Part shown: positions 39,806 through 49,084 of the stretch, in pieces | Position numbering within the stretch: the stretch's first letter is position 1 | How the letters are laid out: each line of letters begins with the position of its first letter | Source of the DNA: Bacteroidia bacterium | GTDB taxonomy: Bacteria; Bacteroidota; Bacteroidia; NS11-12g; UBA955 | DNA: 64,000 nucleotides | Assembly: GCA_044341025.1 (NCBI GenBank) | Contig: JBIISM010000006.1 | Coordinates: 7,581 to 71,580 of the forward strand | Direction: 5' to 3' | Position numbers and translations under genes: made by a program | Notes under the pieces: generated by a model | Seen by the model: only the letters and a program-made list of their open reading frames with translations | Database searches by the model: none | Told to the model about the DNA's origin: nothing

Positions 39806-42394
39806 CTAAAACTGTTGTCCAATAAAGAAATGGAACTGACCTGGCTTGGTTGTTAGACCCGTATTTAAGGTTTTCCAATCAAATCCATACGCATAATCCA
39901 ATCCCAATAATCCAAACATCGGTAAGAACAATCTTATACCAACACCAGCACTTCTTTTTAAATCAAATGGATTGTAGGTTCTAGTATTTACCCATGCATT
40001 ACCCCCTTCTACAAATGCTTGCAAATAAATAGATGCACTAGGTGAATTGGTTACCGGGAATCTTAATTCACAGGTAAACTTATTAAATATCGCCGCACCT
40101 GAATTGCTAGATCCGCCAACAGCATTTTCTGTAATGGTTCTGTCAGGGTATCCACGCAATGAAATAATTTCAGTACCTATTTGTCCAAAACTGTTCAATC
40201 CGCTTCCTCCCACCATAAAACGCTCAAATGGCGACAAGCCAATGTCTTTGTTGTAATAACCCAAATAACCAAAACGCATCTTAGTGGCCAAAACAAATTT
40301 ACCAAATACTTTGTGGTACTGCTCTGCATCAAACTTCCATTTGTGGTATTCTATCCATTTGTATTTTTCGGTCAATGAAACAGCTGAATAGTCTTTATTT
40401 GTAAACTTAGATATTGGAGGCGTAGCGGCCAAACTGAATGTGAAAGTTGAGCCCCCTGTTGGAAATATCGGCTCATTTACAGAGCTCCTACTCAAAACAT
40501 ATTTAAATTCTACGTTGTTGCTTCTGCCTGTATTCAGTTGCAAACCAAATGCGCCATTTGCGTTGTTCAGTTCATATTGTTGTAAGCTGAATGAATAAAA
40601 TGAAGAGAAATAATCATCTGGCCATTTTAAACGTTTACCCAATGACAAAGAGAATCCGGTAATCTTAATAAAACGTTTGTCTGGATCTGTCCGCGGTCTA
40701 GCATCAAAAGATTGATTGGTTCTGTACAAACTGGAGGTAAACGAATTTGGCTTCTTTCCACCAAACCATGGCTCAGTGAATGAGAAATTATAAGATTGGT
40801 AGTACAATCCATTCGATTGTGCTCTGATGCTTAATTTTTGACCATCTCCAGAAGGCAATGGATTCCACATAGAAGGATGGAATAATTTACGCGTCGAAAA
40901 ATTATTCAAAGACAATCCAAGTGTTCCAACCAAACCGCCATAACCATATGACTGACCTTGGATTGCATTCCTATTGTTTCCACCCCAACCGCCCGACAAT
41001 TCAATTTGGTCGTTGGCCTTTTCAGATACAGTATATTCTATATCAACAGTACCAGCGGCAGGATTTGGAACTGGATTTACGCCCATCGCCTGAGGATCAA
41101 AATAACCCAATTGAGACAATTCTCGAATTGACCTTTGGATGTCACTTCTAGAAAATTTCTGACCTGGTCTTGTTCTTAATTCACGTAAAACAACGTGGTC
41201 GCTGGTCTTGGTGTTTCCTTTTACTATAATTTTGTTGTAAATGGCTTGCGAACGCTCAATAATTCTAACTTCTATATCAATACTATCATTCTCTACTTTT
41301 ACTTCTACTGGTGTAACACCGAAAAACAAATATCCATCATCCATATACAAACTCGAAATGTCCGTTCCGTTGGGACTGAAATACAAACGTTCATCCAACA
41401 CTGTCTGATCGTATATATCACCTTTCTTTAATCCAAGAACTCTGCCTAAATCTATACTGCTGTATTTGTTATTACCTGTAAATGTCACATTTCTAAAGTA
41501 ATACTTCCTTCCTTCGTTAACACCGATTTTGATAACCACTTTATTGGGACTGATACGCACAACCGAATCAAAAGAAATGCTTGCATCTCTATATCCCTTG
41601 CTGTTGTATTTTGTAATTACGCTTTTTAATTCCTCTTTATAGGTTTCTTCAACAAATTTTGAAGAGGCAAACAAATTGATTTTTTTACGTTGGCGCTTGG
41701 TTTTCTTTAAACTGCGTCTCAAATCCAAATCTGCCACATCGGCATTGCCAACAAACTCAATATCGTATACTTTTACCTTCTTGCCTTTGTCAATGGCAAT
41801 GCGCAAAATATCTTTATTTGGAGTTGTATCTGCTTCTTGCTTGAAATCAATTTTTACCCCATAAAACCCTTTTTTATAATAATGGCTTTTGATTTCACGT
41901 CTCAACTTGTTTAACATGTCTTCGTTAATCACCATACCCGCTTTAACGCTCAATTCTTCGCGTAAGGTTTTGGCTTCAGACTTGCCTATTCCTCTAATAC
42001 CAAAACGCGCCAAACGCGGGCGCTCTTGAACTTCTATAACCAAATATATTTTTCCGTCTACAATTTTCTTTGCATAGACACTAACAAATGAAAAATAGCC
42101 TTGCTTCCAAAGATTTTCAATGGCCTGTGATATTTCGTTTCCAGGTACTTTTATGCGCTGGTTAAAAGACAATCCAGTGTTAAAAATGACTATGTTTTTA
42201 TCAATGTATTTATTGCCTTTGGTTTCAATCGATACGATGGTATATTCTTTCGGCTTATTATAATCCAAAGGAAGATAATTCCGTGTAGAGTCTTGAGCCA
42301 TCAGTGTCGAAACACCGAAAACAGCCTGCAGGCAGAAAACAAGCGATAATGCAAAGTTTTTCCTATGGTTTAATTTGATCACTTGTTTTTCCAA
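39806..42394 (-). CDS. bamA: Outer membrane protein assembly factor BamA
   Basis: Signal peptide, then POTRA repeats and a C-terminal Omp85 beta-barrel (..GYGGLVGTLGLSLNNFS.., terminal ..FHFFIGQQF). 862 aa. Confidence 0.9.
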   Translation of the reverse strand: MEKQVIKLNHRKNFALSLVFCLQAVFGVSTLMAQDSTRNYLPLDYNKPKEYTIVSIETKGNKYIDKNIVIFNTGLSFNQRIKVPGNEISQAIENLWKQGYFSFVSVYAKKIVDGKIYLVIEVQERPRLARFGIRGIGKSEAKTLREELSVKAGMVINEDMLNKLRREIKSHYYKKGFYGVKIDFKQEADTTPNKDILRIAIDKGKKVKVYDIEFVGNADVADLDLRRSLKKTKRQRKKINLFASSKFVEETYKEELKSVITKYNSKGYRDASISFDSVVRISPNKVVIKIGVNEGRKYYFRNVTFTGNNKYSSIDLGRVLGLKKGDIYDQTVLDERLYFSPNGTDISSLYMDDGYLFFGVTPVEVKVENDSIDIEVRIIERSQAIYNKIIVKGNTKTSDHVVLRELRTRPGQKFSRSDIQRSIRELSQLGYFDPQAMGVNPVPNPAAGTVDIEYTVSEKANDQIELSGGWGGNNRNAIQGQSYGYGGLVGTLGLSLNNFSTRKLFHPSMWNPLPSGDGQKLSIRAQSNGLYYQSYNFSFTEPWFGGKKPNSFTSSLYRTNQSFDARPRTDPDKRFIKITGFSLSLGKRLKWPDDYFSSFYSFSLQQYELNNANGAFGLQLNTGRSNNVEFKYVLSRSSVNEPIFPTGGSTFTFSLAATPPISKFTNKDYSAVSLTEKYKWIEYHKWKFDAEQYHKVFGKFVLATKMRFGYLGYYNKDIGLSPFERFMVGGSGLNSFGQIGTEIISLRGYPDRTITENAVGGSSNSGAAIFNKFTCELRFPVTNSPSASIYLQAFVEGGNAWVNTRTYNPFDLKRSAGVGIRLFLPMFGLLGLDYAYGFDWKTLNTGLTTKPGQFHFFIGQQF

Positions 42395-43133
42395 ATCTTC
42401 TTTCGCGTTTTTGATAGTCTACAATAGCTCGATAAAAGGCCTCTTGGTCGAATTCCGGCCAATAGATATCGGTAAAATAAAATTCACCATAGGCCATTTC
42501 CCAAAGCATAAAATTACTGATGCGGAATTCTCCGCTGGTTCTTATTAACAAATCCAGCTCCGGTAATGCTCCAGTATTTAAACTTTCGCTGATTGTTTTT
42601 TCATTGATATCTTCAACCTTAATGCTTCCATTTTGGACGGATTCGGCAATTTGTTTGGTTGCCTGAACAATATCCCAACGGGCGCTGTAGTTTAAAGCCA
42701 ATACCAAATCCATGCTGTCATTGTTTGCAGTTAAAGCCATCGCTTCCTGCAATTCATTGTATGCGTCTTTGGGCAATGCTTCAATATTGCCAATGGTCCG
42801 CAAACGGATGTTGTTTTTTTGCAATGTTGCCACCTCTTTCCTAATGGTTCTAACCAATAAGGCCATAATGGCTTTCACTTCCAATTGGGGTCTATTCCAA
42901 TTCTCTGTGCTGAATGTATAAAGGGTTAAATACTTAACACCCAAGCGCGCTGCTGTTTCTGCCACTGTGCGAACAGATTTAACACCGTACTCGTGACCAA
43001 CAAGCCTAGGAAGTGCTCTTTTTTTTGCCCATCTCCCATTGCCATCCATGATAATGGCAATGTGTTTCGGTAATTTCTCTCGATCTATTTGAGGTAAAAG
43101 ACTATCGGTGGGCATCTGCTGAGCTCTAAGCAT
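42363..43133 (-). CDS. uppS: Isoprenyl transferase (undecaprenyl diphosphate synthase)
   Basis: The region HIAIIMDGNGRWAKKRALPRLVGHEYG is the UPP synthase catalytic motif. Confidence 0.9.
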   Translation of the reverse strand: MLRAQQMPTDSLLPQIDREKLPKHIAIIMDGNGRWAKKRALPRLVGHEYGVKSVRTVAETAARLGVKYLTLYTFSTENWNRPQLEVKAIMALLVRTIRKEVATLQKNNIRLRTIGNIEALPKDAYNELQEAMALTANNDSMDLVLALNYSARWDIVQATKQIAESVQNGSIKVEDINEKTISESLNTGALPELDLLIRTSGEFRISNFMLWEMAYGEFYFTDIYWPEFDQEAFYRAIVDYQKRERRFGKTSDQIKP

Positions 43134-43191
43134 GCAAAAGTATGATTTATTTTCCGAAAATTATAACGAAGTTAATAGCTATTAGATACAA

Positions 43192-44028
43192 CTACATACC
43201 TGAACATGGATCGCCAATAACATTCCTAAAAGTTAGCGTAATTCCGACCATAAAATACCAATCCTTTAAATTGGGGTCTCCCCGCATATTACCACCTTTT
43301 ATAGGCTTGTTGTTGTTTAAAGTTTCAGGGTGCGAATAGTCGCCCGCCCCAGCACCCTGCTTTGCAACTATTGAATTGTAATCGACATATTGTCCTTTTG
43401 TGTCGTCGAGATAATCGGTAAATGTTTTTCGGAAGCCCATTTCCAATCCGATTACCGTTCGGCGCTTCACATTAAATTTATAGCCCAAGCCCAATGTCAA
43501 GGAAGGTTGAATAAAGGCGTATTGCCTTTTGTCGTTTACATTCTGGCCTTCCGTTCCAATGTCCCTTAATTCCAATTTGTCTCCACTTGGCAAACGGTGA
43601 ACTGGATTAAACATAAACATATTAAAACCGGCAAACACAAAAGTAGTCGAATTTTCTTCGTGCTGGTTGGCGTTGATGCCAAAAGGTTTGAAATTAAATT
43701 CCACATTGTAACCCAATTCGTAAATATCACTTTCAAAAGAGATGTTCCTGTATGTATTCGCCGAAAAATTTTGATCGCTGCCTGAGATACTGGCATAGGT
43801 AAATTGATATCTGCTGCTAAAATATTTTGAGTGGTGGTATTTGTACATCAAGCCAATAGCTGGATGCGACTCAGACAAAACAATTTCAGGCGCAATGTCA
43901 CCCGTGTAATTACTTGCCCCTAAAAAAAGACCAAACTCTGTCACGCCATTCCTGAACCTTTGCGCATAAGCATCAAAGGACAACAGCAAAGACAGCAGTG
44001 TCAAAAACCTAAAATTAAAATAAAGCAC
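43192..44028 (-). CDS. Outer-membrane beta-barrel protein (DUF6089-like), paralog 1
   Basis: Signal peptide MLYFNFRFLTLLSLLLSFDAYAQ and alternating amphipathic strands. It shares motifs with the adjacent gene (G..LGGSNY.GD/E, RKTFTDYLDD, a C-terminal GDW..Y...G.TL). It sits upstream of uppS-bamA, as DUF6089 genes usually do. Confidence 0.5.
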   Translation of the reverse strand: MLYFNFRFLTLLSLLLSFDAYAQRFRNGVTEFGLFLGASNYTGDIAPEIVLSESHPAIGLMYKYHHSKYFSSRYQFTYASISGSDQNFSANTYRNISFESDIYELGYNVEFNFKPFGINANQHEENSTTFVFAGFNMFMFNPVHRLPSGDKLELRDIGTEGQNVNDKRQYAFIQPSLTLGLGYKFNVKRRTVIGLEMGFRKTFTDYLDDTKGQYVDYNSIVAKQGAGAGDYSHPETLNNNKPIKGGNMRGDPNLKDWYFMVGITLTFRNVIGDPCSGM

Positions 44029-44049
44029 GTGTAATTTTCTCCCGATAGG

Positions 44050-44943
44050 CTAGAAGTTAAAGCAAGGTTGACGTCCACCATGAATACGGTAAGTCAAAGT
44101 CAAACCGCCAATAACATACCAATCTTTGGTTGCAGAGTTTCCTCTTAAATCACCATTTTCAAATGGCGTTTGTCCCACTTCCATGCTTCTGTCTTTTAAT
44201 GCGACAGCCATTGGACCACTAGCGCCTCCAACGATAATATTGTCAACGTAGATTGATGAAACATCATCTAAATAATCTGTAAATGTTTTTCTAACGCCAA
44301 ATTCAAATCCAAACGCCCAATAGTCGTCCAATTGCCACTTCGCCCCTAAGCCTACAGGCACACTTAATTGGGTTAAAGAGTAACGTCTTTTATCATTAAA
44401 CTTGGTGGTTTCCTGTCCTTCTGTTCCCAATGGTTGCAATTCAATCCAGTCGCCATCTTGGGCCTGTAAAGAAGCGTCCATCATATACGATTGGTAGTTA
44501 AACTGGGCTTTAGGATTAAAACGGAAAACAGAAACTCCTGCGAACAAATAGGGTGACCATCCATAAGATGCTTTGGTTTGCTCATAACCTCTGATGTTCC
44601 ATTCTGCTTGAACTGAAAATTCAACGATGTCTGATTTGAAACTTAAATTTCTTCTGCCTCTGTATGCATCTGATGCAAAGTTTTTATCCGAACCTTCGAT
44701 TTTACCATAAATGGCCGTGCCTTTAAATGTCAAATAGGGACCGTAGTTGTATCGGCATATTAAGCCACCCGCAAACTTGGTCTTATTCCACAATGGCATA
44801 TAGCCATCGGTAAATTCACCCATGTAGTTTGATCCTCCTAAGTAGGGACCGAAATCAAGAGAGCTCACTTTCTTTTGAGAGAATGCCATAAATGGCACTA
44901 AAAGCAGCAGGGTTAGGGTTATAATTAATCTATTTTTCATCAA
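44050..44943 (-). CDS. Outer-membrane beta-barrel protein (DUF6089-like), paralog 2
   Basis: Signal peptide MMKNRLIITLTLLLLVPFMAFSQ. Clear paralog of 43192-44028, with RKTFTDYLDD present in both. Confidence 0.5.
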   Translation of the reverse strand: MMKNRLIITLTLLLLVPFMAFSQKKVSSLDFGPYLGGSNYMGEFTDGYMPLWNKTKFAGGLICRYNYGPYLTFKGTAIYGKIEGSDKNFASDAYRGRRNLSFKSDIVEFSVQAEWNIRGYEQTKASYGWSPYLFAGVSVFRFNPKAQFNYQSYMMDASLQAQDGDWIELQPLGTEGQETTKFNDKRRYSLTQLSVPVGLGAKWQLDDYWAFGFEFGVRKTFTDYLDDVSSIYVDNIIVGGASGPMAVALKDRSMEVGQTPFENGDLRGNSATKDWYVIGGLTLTYRIHGGRQPCFNF

Positions 44944-45032
44944 CGCACAAAAAACAATTTACGAAATTAGTACTTTTCAATGATAAAACGAAAAAACCAG
45001 GGAATTATTTTACGAATAGAAAACCTTTGACT

Positions 45033-45081
45033 TTACAAGTCTGTGGTCAAGACTTGTAAGTTTTGCTTGCGGAAGCAAAAA
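45033..45081 (-). promoter_or_regulatory. Two tandem perfect hairpins immediately 3' of the adhesin stop codon (terminator / RNA stability element)
   Basis: Hairpin 1 is TTACAAGTCT-gtggtca-AGACTTGTAA (10-bp perfect stem, 45033-45059). Hairpin 2 is TTTTGCTT-gcgg-AAGCAAAA (8-bp perfect stem, 45061-45080). No long T-run follows on the minus strand, so this is not a canonical intrinsic terminator. Confidence 0.35.
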
Positions 45082-45086
45082 TACAG

Positions 45087-48000
45087 CTATCGAATGAGGT
45101 AAAAGTAACCCCTAACATAGCGCCATGGGGTTTTCTTGCCTTTGTACTTTATTAGGTATACGAAGTAATCTGTTTGACACAATTGGCCTTTATAAGTTCC
45201 ATCCCAACCAGCACGTGCATCGTCTGTTTCAAAAACTTTCTCTCCCCAACGGTTGTAAATCTCGATATTGGCTGTTTGGATGGATCCTGAATTAATTTTA
45301 AATACATCATTGCTTCCATCGTCATTAGGCGTGAATGCAGTTGGTATAAATAAAGTAACTGTATCTAAAACACAAATCTTCACATTAAAACTATCACTGC
45401 ATCCCCCTTCATTTTTAATCTTTAAAGTAATCGTATATTCGTCCGTATCACCTTGGTAAGTATGGGAAGGATTGCTTGTTGGGTCATACGGAATTTTGGT
45501 TCCATCACCAAAATCCCAAACGCCTGTTATGCCCCCTTCACTTAAATTGATGATCTGCAAAAGCGCATTGTTGCTGTACAAACATTGCCCTGCGGGTGAA
45601 CTGTTAAAATAAGCCCTTATCCTTGAATAACCTGGTATGGTTGCAACAGTATCATAGCTGCATAAAGTTTGGGTATTTTGAACCTTTACTTTGTAGGTTG
45701 TTCCCACTGGCGCTGAAATACCCGCTGTATTTTGTACTGGTATTGTATTCCACAAGTAGCTGTATGGTCCATTTCCATTCATCACCAAGTTGGCAAATCC
45801 AATATTCCCAAAACATTGCTTAGGGCTCGTATTCACTGAACCATAAAATGGTGGATGTACATAAATTTGTTTGGTTTTTACCACTGAATCGCTGCAACCA
45901 TCTTTCAAAACCACCCTGTAATTTACCGTTGTTCTAGGCTGTATATAAATGTTTTGAACGTTATACGCCCCATTGCTCCAAAGCAAGTTGTAAGTTCCTG
46001 TTCCGCCCTTTGCATTGGTGCTTAAGGTGACAGGGACTCTAGGGCAAACCGTATCTTTATCGGCCATCAAATCCAGTTTTAAGGTATCGCCAACATCGAG
46101 GGTAAAGCTCCTGCTGTTTATGCATTTGCCTGTGCCCACTTTGTATACGATTTTATGGCTACCAGTTCCTGCTATCGATGGATTAAATGTGTTTCCAACG
46201 ATGCCTGCTCCGCTTAAAACACCTCCTATGGGACTTAGAACCAAATTCACCAACGTATCGCGCAAACAATAATTAGGAACCAAGCCTGAAATGATTGGAT
46301 TTGGCAAAGGATTCACCGTCACAAATAGTGTATCTTGGCATTTGCCTGGCAAACTAAACAATATCCTGTGCTTGCCTGCACCTGCTATAGATGGGCTAAA
46401 CATTCCGCTTACTGCATTGGTAATTCCTGTGCCTGAAAAACTCCCTTTTCCTGTATTGTTCTTTAGTTTGAACGGATCATCTGCCACACAGAACACCGTA
46501 TCCTTTTGAATGTCTGAACGCGGATAAACATAAATGATTATTGTATCCTTACACCCATTTGCATCTGCAACAATTTGATTGTATGTTCCTCTGCCTGCTA
46601 GCGATGGACTGAATTTCTGGTAATACAAACTGCTGCCAACTATGCCTTTACTTCCTGTGAAAATTGCATTCCAAGGATCGTTGTACAAATATTGATACCG
46701 CATGTAATAGGCCGTATCACTGACACAATTTTTTACAGTATCTGCATAAAAACGGGTATAGCGCAAGTACATTATCTTATCGTCTTTACAACCATTCTTT
46801 GCGTGGTAGGTTAAAATTGAATACACAAAGGTTGAACGGCTTGGGACTTTAAAAGAGTCGGCCGCAAAAGTACCCGAAAATGAATCGAGCATACCCTTTC
46901 CGGTCCAAAAACCTCCCGCGGGAAGTCCAACAGGTAATGTTCTCAAACCCGCATCAGGACATGCAATTTCATCCCAACGTGCATCCACATCTTGAATATT
47001 TCTTTGCAAAGTATCTTTACAACCGTTGATGCTGTAGATGTATAATTTATTTCCTGCGCCAGCGGCATTGGGCGAGTTAATTCCTTTGCTGCTATTGCTC
47101 ACCGAAGGACCAGTCCAAAGACCGCCTATCGGATAAAACTTAAATGTATCGGCACTTACCGACTTGCAAATGGTGTCAAATTGCCTAATAACTAGGCCAT
47201 CGATATTGATTGTTTTATTGCTGCTGCAGCCGTTCCATGTATAAGTAACCGCAAATGAACCCGCTGTATTTGTTGGCGTTATGATGCCTGATGCATTGAT
47301 GTTTGGCCCTGACCAAGTACCTCCGCTGGGTGTAAAATTTGTGACCAAAAATGGGGCTGTTCCGGGGCAGGCTGCATTCGGTGGGCCTGCATTGATTGCT
47401 TTTACTGTAACGATTACGGAATCTCTACATGACCCTACGGTGTAATACGCTTTGAAAATACCACCCCCAGAAATACCTGGATCAAAAGTACCATTGGCCG
47501 AATTGCTAATACCTATGCCAGACCAAGAACCTCCGCTCGGTTGAGCGCTTAAATTAAAGGCTGACGCAGATTGACAAACCGTGGTATCCTTTTGTGCTAC
47601 GGGGGGATCTAAAACCAAAATATCTACGGTGTCTCTACCTGGCACTGAAACACCATCGTTAACCTCCAGAATGTATTGGGTGCTGCTGCTTGGGCAAACC
47701 GTTTTTGGTGGCGCTCCCGTTAAGCCACCGCTTATCCAATTATAAGAATAGTTGCTAGAGTTCCCTCCAGTTAATGTGGCTGTCAATAGAGCACAGGAGC
47801 CTTTGCATAAAATTATTTTATTTGTTTTTAAAACCAAATTAATGGGGCAATCTGTTATTTTAAAATTGAGTTTTGCGTTAATTTTCCATAAACTGTCGCA
47901 GGCATCTTTGAAAGACGAATTGAAATTGAGCAGGTAATTTCCGCTTCTGTTTAAACCTGAAACAAAATACACATCGAAGGTATTGCTTTCGTTTTTTGAG

Positions 48001-48629
48001 TCACAATTGATAGCCGTAACATTTGATACTATAGTTGACAATACACCGCTCAATTTAAAATTGGCAGCTTTTACGGAATCGCAATGAAACTTTTGATCGA
48101 GCACCACACGAATTTTGTTTGAATTACAAGTAGGGTCAGCAATCGCAGAAAACTTCGGCTGTGGAACAGAAGTAATTTTAGCTTCCCAATTTAAATCCCA
48201 TCCATCGCAAACAATATTGATATCTGAATGGAAATAAAAAGTAACACAAGAATCGCTGGCAGTTATTGCAATGGGGTTGTTAATCGTGCCAGTATACGTT
48301 CTGATTAAGGTCCCTGAGGTGTCCTTCCCTTTGTAAACCCGCAAATAATCTGAAATCGATTCACAACAAAACGGGCCATTAAACTTAATGTTAATGGTAC
48401 TCGCTCCTTTAACACAAATGGTGAAAATCAAATTTTCGTTGTTGGCATATTTTTTTGCCGATTGTTTATTCCCTTCGCTATCTGTGAGTTTGCCTTTGCA
48501 TGCATAGACCTTTGCATTGGCCATTTTATAGGTGGTTTGGGCAAAACCAAATTGAACAAAACAAATGCACAAAAACAGAATCAGGTAATGATTCGAGGCT
48601 TTCATTCTATATGTCTTTTCACTTTTCAA
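45087..48629 (-). CDS. Giant cell-surface adhesin-like protein with Ig-like/PKD repeats and a T9SS type B (gliding motility-associated) C-terminal domain
   Basis: Signal peptide (..HYLILFLCICFVQFGFAQ). Many ~80-aa repeats with the G.W.G.GI....G.F.P pattern. A PKD motif WDFGDGTKIPYDPTSNPSHTYQ is present. The C-terminus FIPTAFTPNDDGSNDVFKI...IEIYNRWGEKVFET...WDGTYKG is type B CTD, TIGR04131-like. Confidence 0.8.
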   Translation of the reverse strand: MKSEKTYRMKASNHYLILFLCICFVQFGFAQTTYKMANAKVYACKGKLTDSEGNKQSAKKYANNENLIFTICVKGASTINIKFNGPFCCESISDYLRVYKGKDTSGTLIRTYTGTINNPIAITASDSCVTFYFHSDINIVCDGWDLNWEAKITSVPQPKFSAIADPTCNSNKIRVVLDQKFHCDSVKAANFKLSGVLSTIVSNVTAINCDSKNESNTFDVYFVSGLNRSGNYLLNFNSSFKDACDSLWKINAKLNFKITDCPINLVLKTNKIILCKGSCALLTATLTGGNSSNYSYNWISGGLTGAPPKTVCPSSSTQYILEVNDGVSVPGRDTVDILVLDPPVAQKDTTVCQSASAFNLSAQPSGGSWSGIGISNSANGTFDPGISGGGIFKAYYTVGSCRDSVIVTVKAINAGPPNAACPGTAPFLVTNFTPSGGTWSGPNINASGIITPTNTAGSFAVTYTWNGCSSNKTINIDGLVIRQFDTICKSVSADTFKFYPIGGLWTGPSVSNSSKGINSPNAAGAGNKLYIYSINGCKDTLQRNIQDVDARWDEIACPDAGLRTLPVGLPAGGFWTGKGMLDSFSGTFAADSFKVPSRSTFVYSILTYHAKNGCKDDKIMYLRYTRFYADTVKNCVSDTAYYMRYQYLYNDPWNAIFTGSKGIVGSSLYYQKFSPSLAGRGTYNQIVADANGCKDTIIIYVYPRSDIQKDTVFCVADDPFKLKNNTGKGSFSGTGITNAVSGMFSPSIAGAGKHRILFSLPGKCQDTLFVTVNPLPNPIISGLVPNYCLRDTLVNLVLSPIGGVLSGAGIVGNTFNPSIAGTGSHKIVYKVGTGKCINSRSFTLDVGDTLKLDLMADKDTVCPRVPVTLSTNAKGGTGTYNLLWSNGAYNVQNIYIQPRTTVNYRVVLKDGCSDSVVKTKQIYVHPPFYGSVNTSPKQCFGNIGFANLVMNGNGPYSYLWNTIPVQNTAGISAPVGTTYKVKVQNTQTLCSYDTVATIPGYSRIRAYFNSSPAGQCLYSNNALLQIINLSEGGITGVWDFGDGTKIPYDPTSNPSHTYQGDTDEYTITLKIKNEGGCSDSFNVKICVLDTVTLFIPTAFTPNDDGSNDVFKINSGSIQTANIEIYNRWGEKVFETDDARAGWDGTYKGQLCQTDYFVYLIKYKGKKTPWRYVRGYFYLIR

Positions 48630-48632
48630 TAC

Positions 48633-49082
48633 CTATTTTGTTATGGTTATGTTTGGCGTATTTATAGAATTAGACCAATTACCAGCCCTGTCTCGCAGTT
48701 TAAGATTAAATTGGGTCAACTCTGAATTTCCTGTACCCAATAAAAATGTATTTTTAATTTGCACGCTTATAATCCCTGTTATTTTAATTTCCGAGCCTGG
48801 CGGTGACAATGGCTTAACAAAGTAATAATCCGCATTGGCCAATCGTCTGTCTTTTACAAACAAATCATTTTTATCAGGGTTATCTTCACCTATATCGCCA
48901 TCGGCATCGGTGTACTCAAACCGAATAACCAAGCTGTCCTTGAATTCTTTAATAGAAGTGGAATTCACATCCAAAAATTTTATCACAGGAACCGAACTGA
49001 GCGATGAATCCTTGCTGCAAGACACAAAGGCAAGCAAAACCAAAAAAACAATAAAAGACGTTAGATATTTATTGATCTTCAT
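48633..49082 (-). CDS. Hypothetical lipoprotein (operon with DUF1501 cluster)
   Basis: Signal peptide plus lipobox (LLAFVSCSKD). Separated by 3 nt from the adhesin start codon. Confidence 0.5.
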   Translation of the reverse strand: MKINKYLTSFIVFLVLLAFVSCSKDSSLSSVPVIKFLDVNSTSIKEFKDSLVIRFEYTDADGDIGEDNPDKNDLFVKDRRLANADYYFVKPLSPPGSEIKITGIISVQIKNTFLLGTGNSELTQFNLKLRDRAGNWSNSINTPNITITK

Positions 49083-49084
49083 AA

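Noticed and set aside
45268-48725. Many 60-90-aa plus-strand ORFs inside the adhesin gene (and similar antisense ORFs inside purL, glmS, accC, bamA, the E1 gene etc.)
   Set aside because: All are antisense to long, well-supported genes and have no recognisable features. They are typical shadow ORFs.
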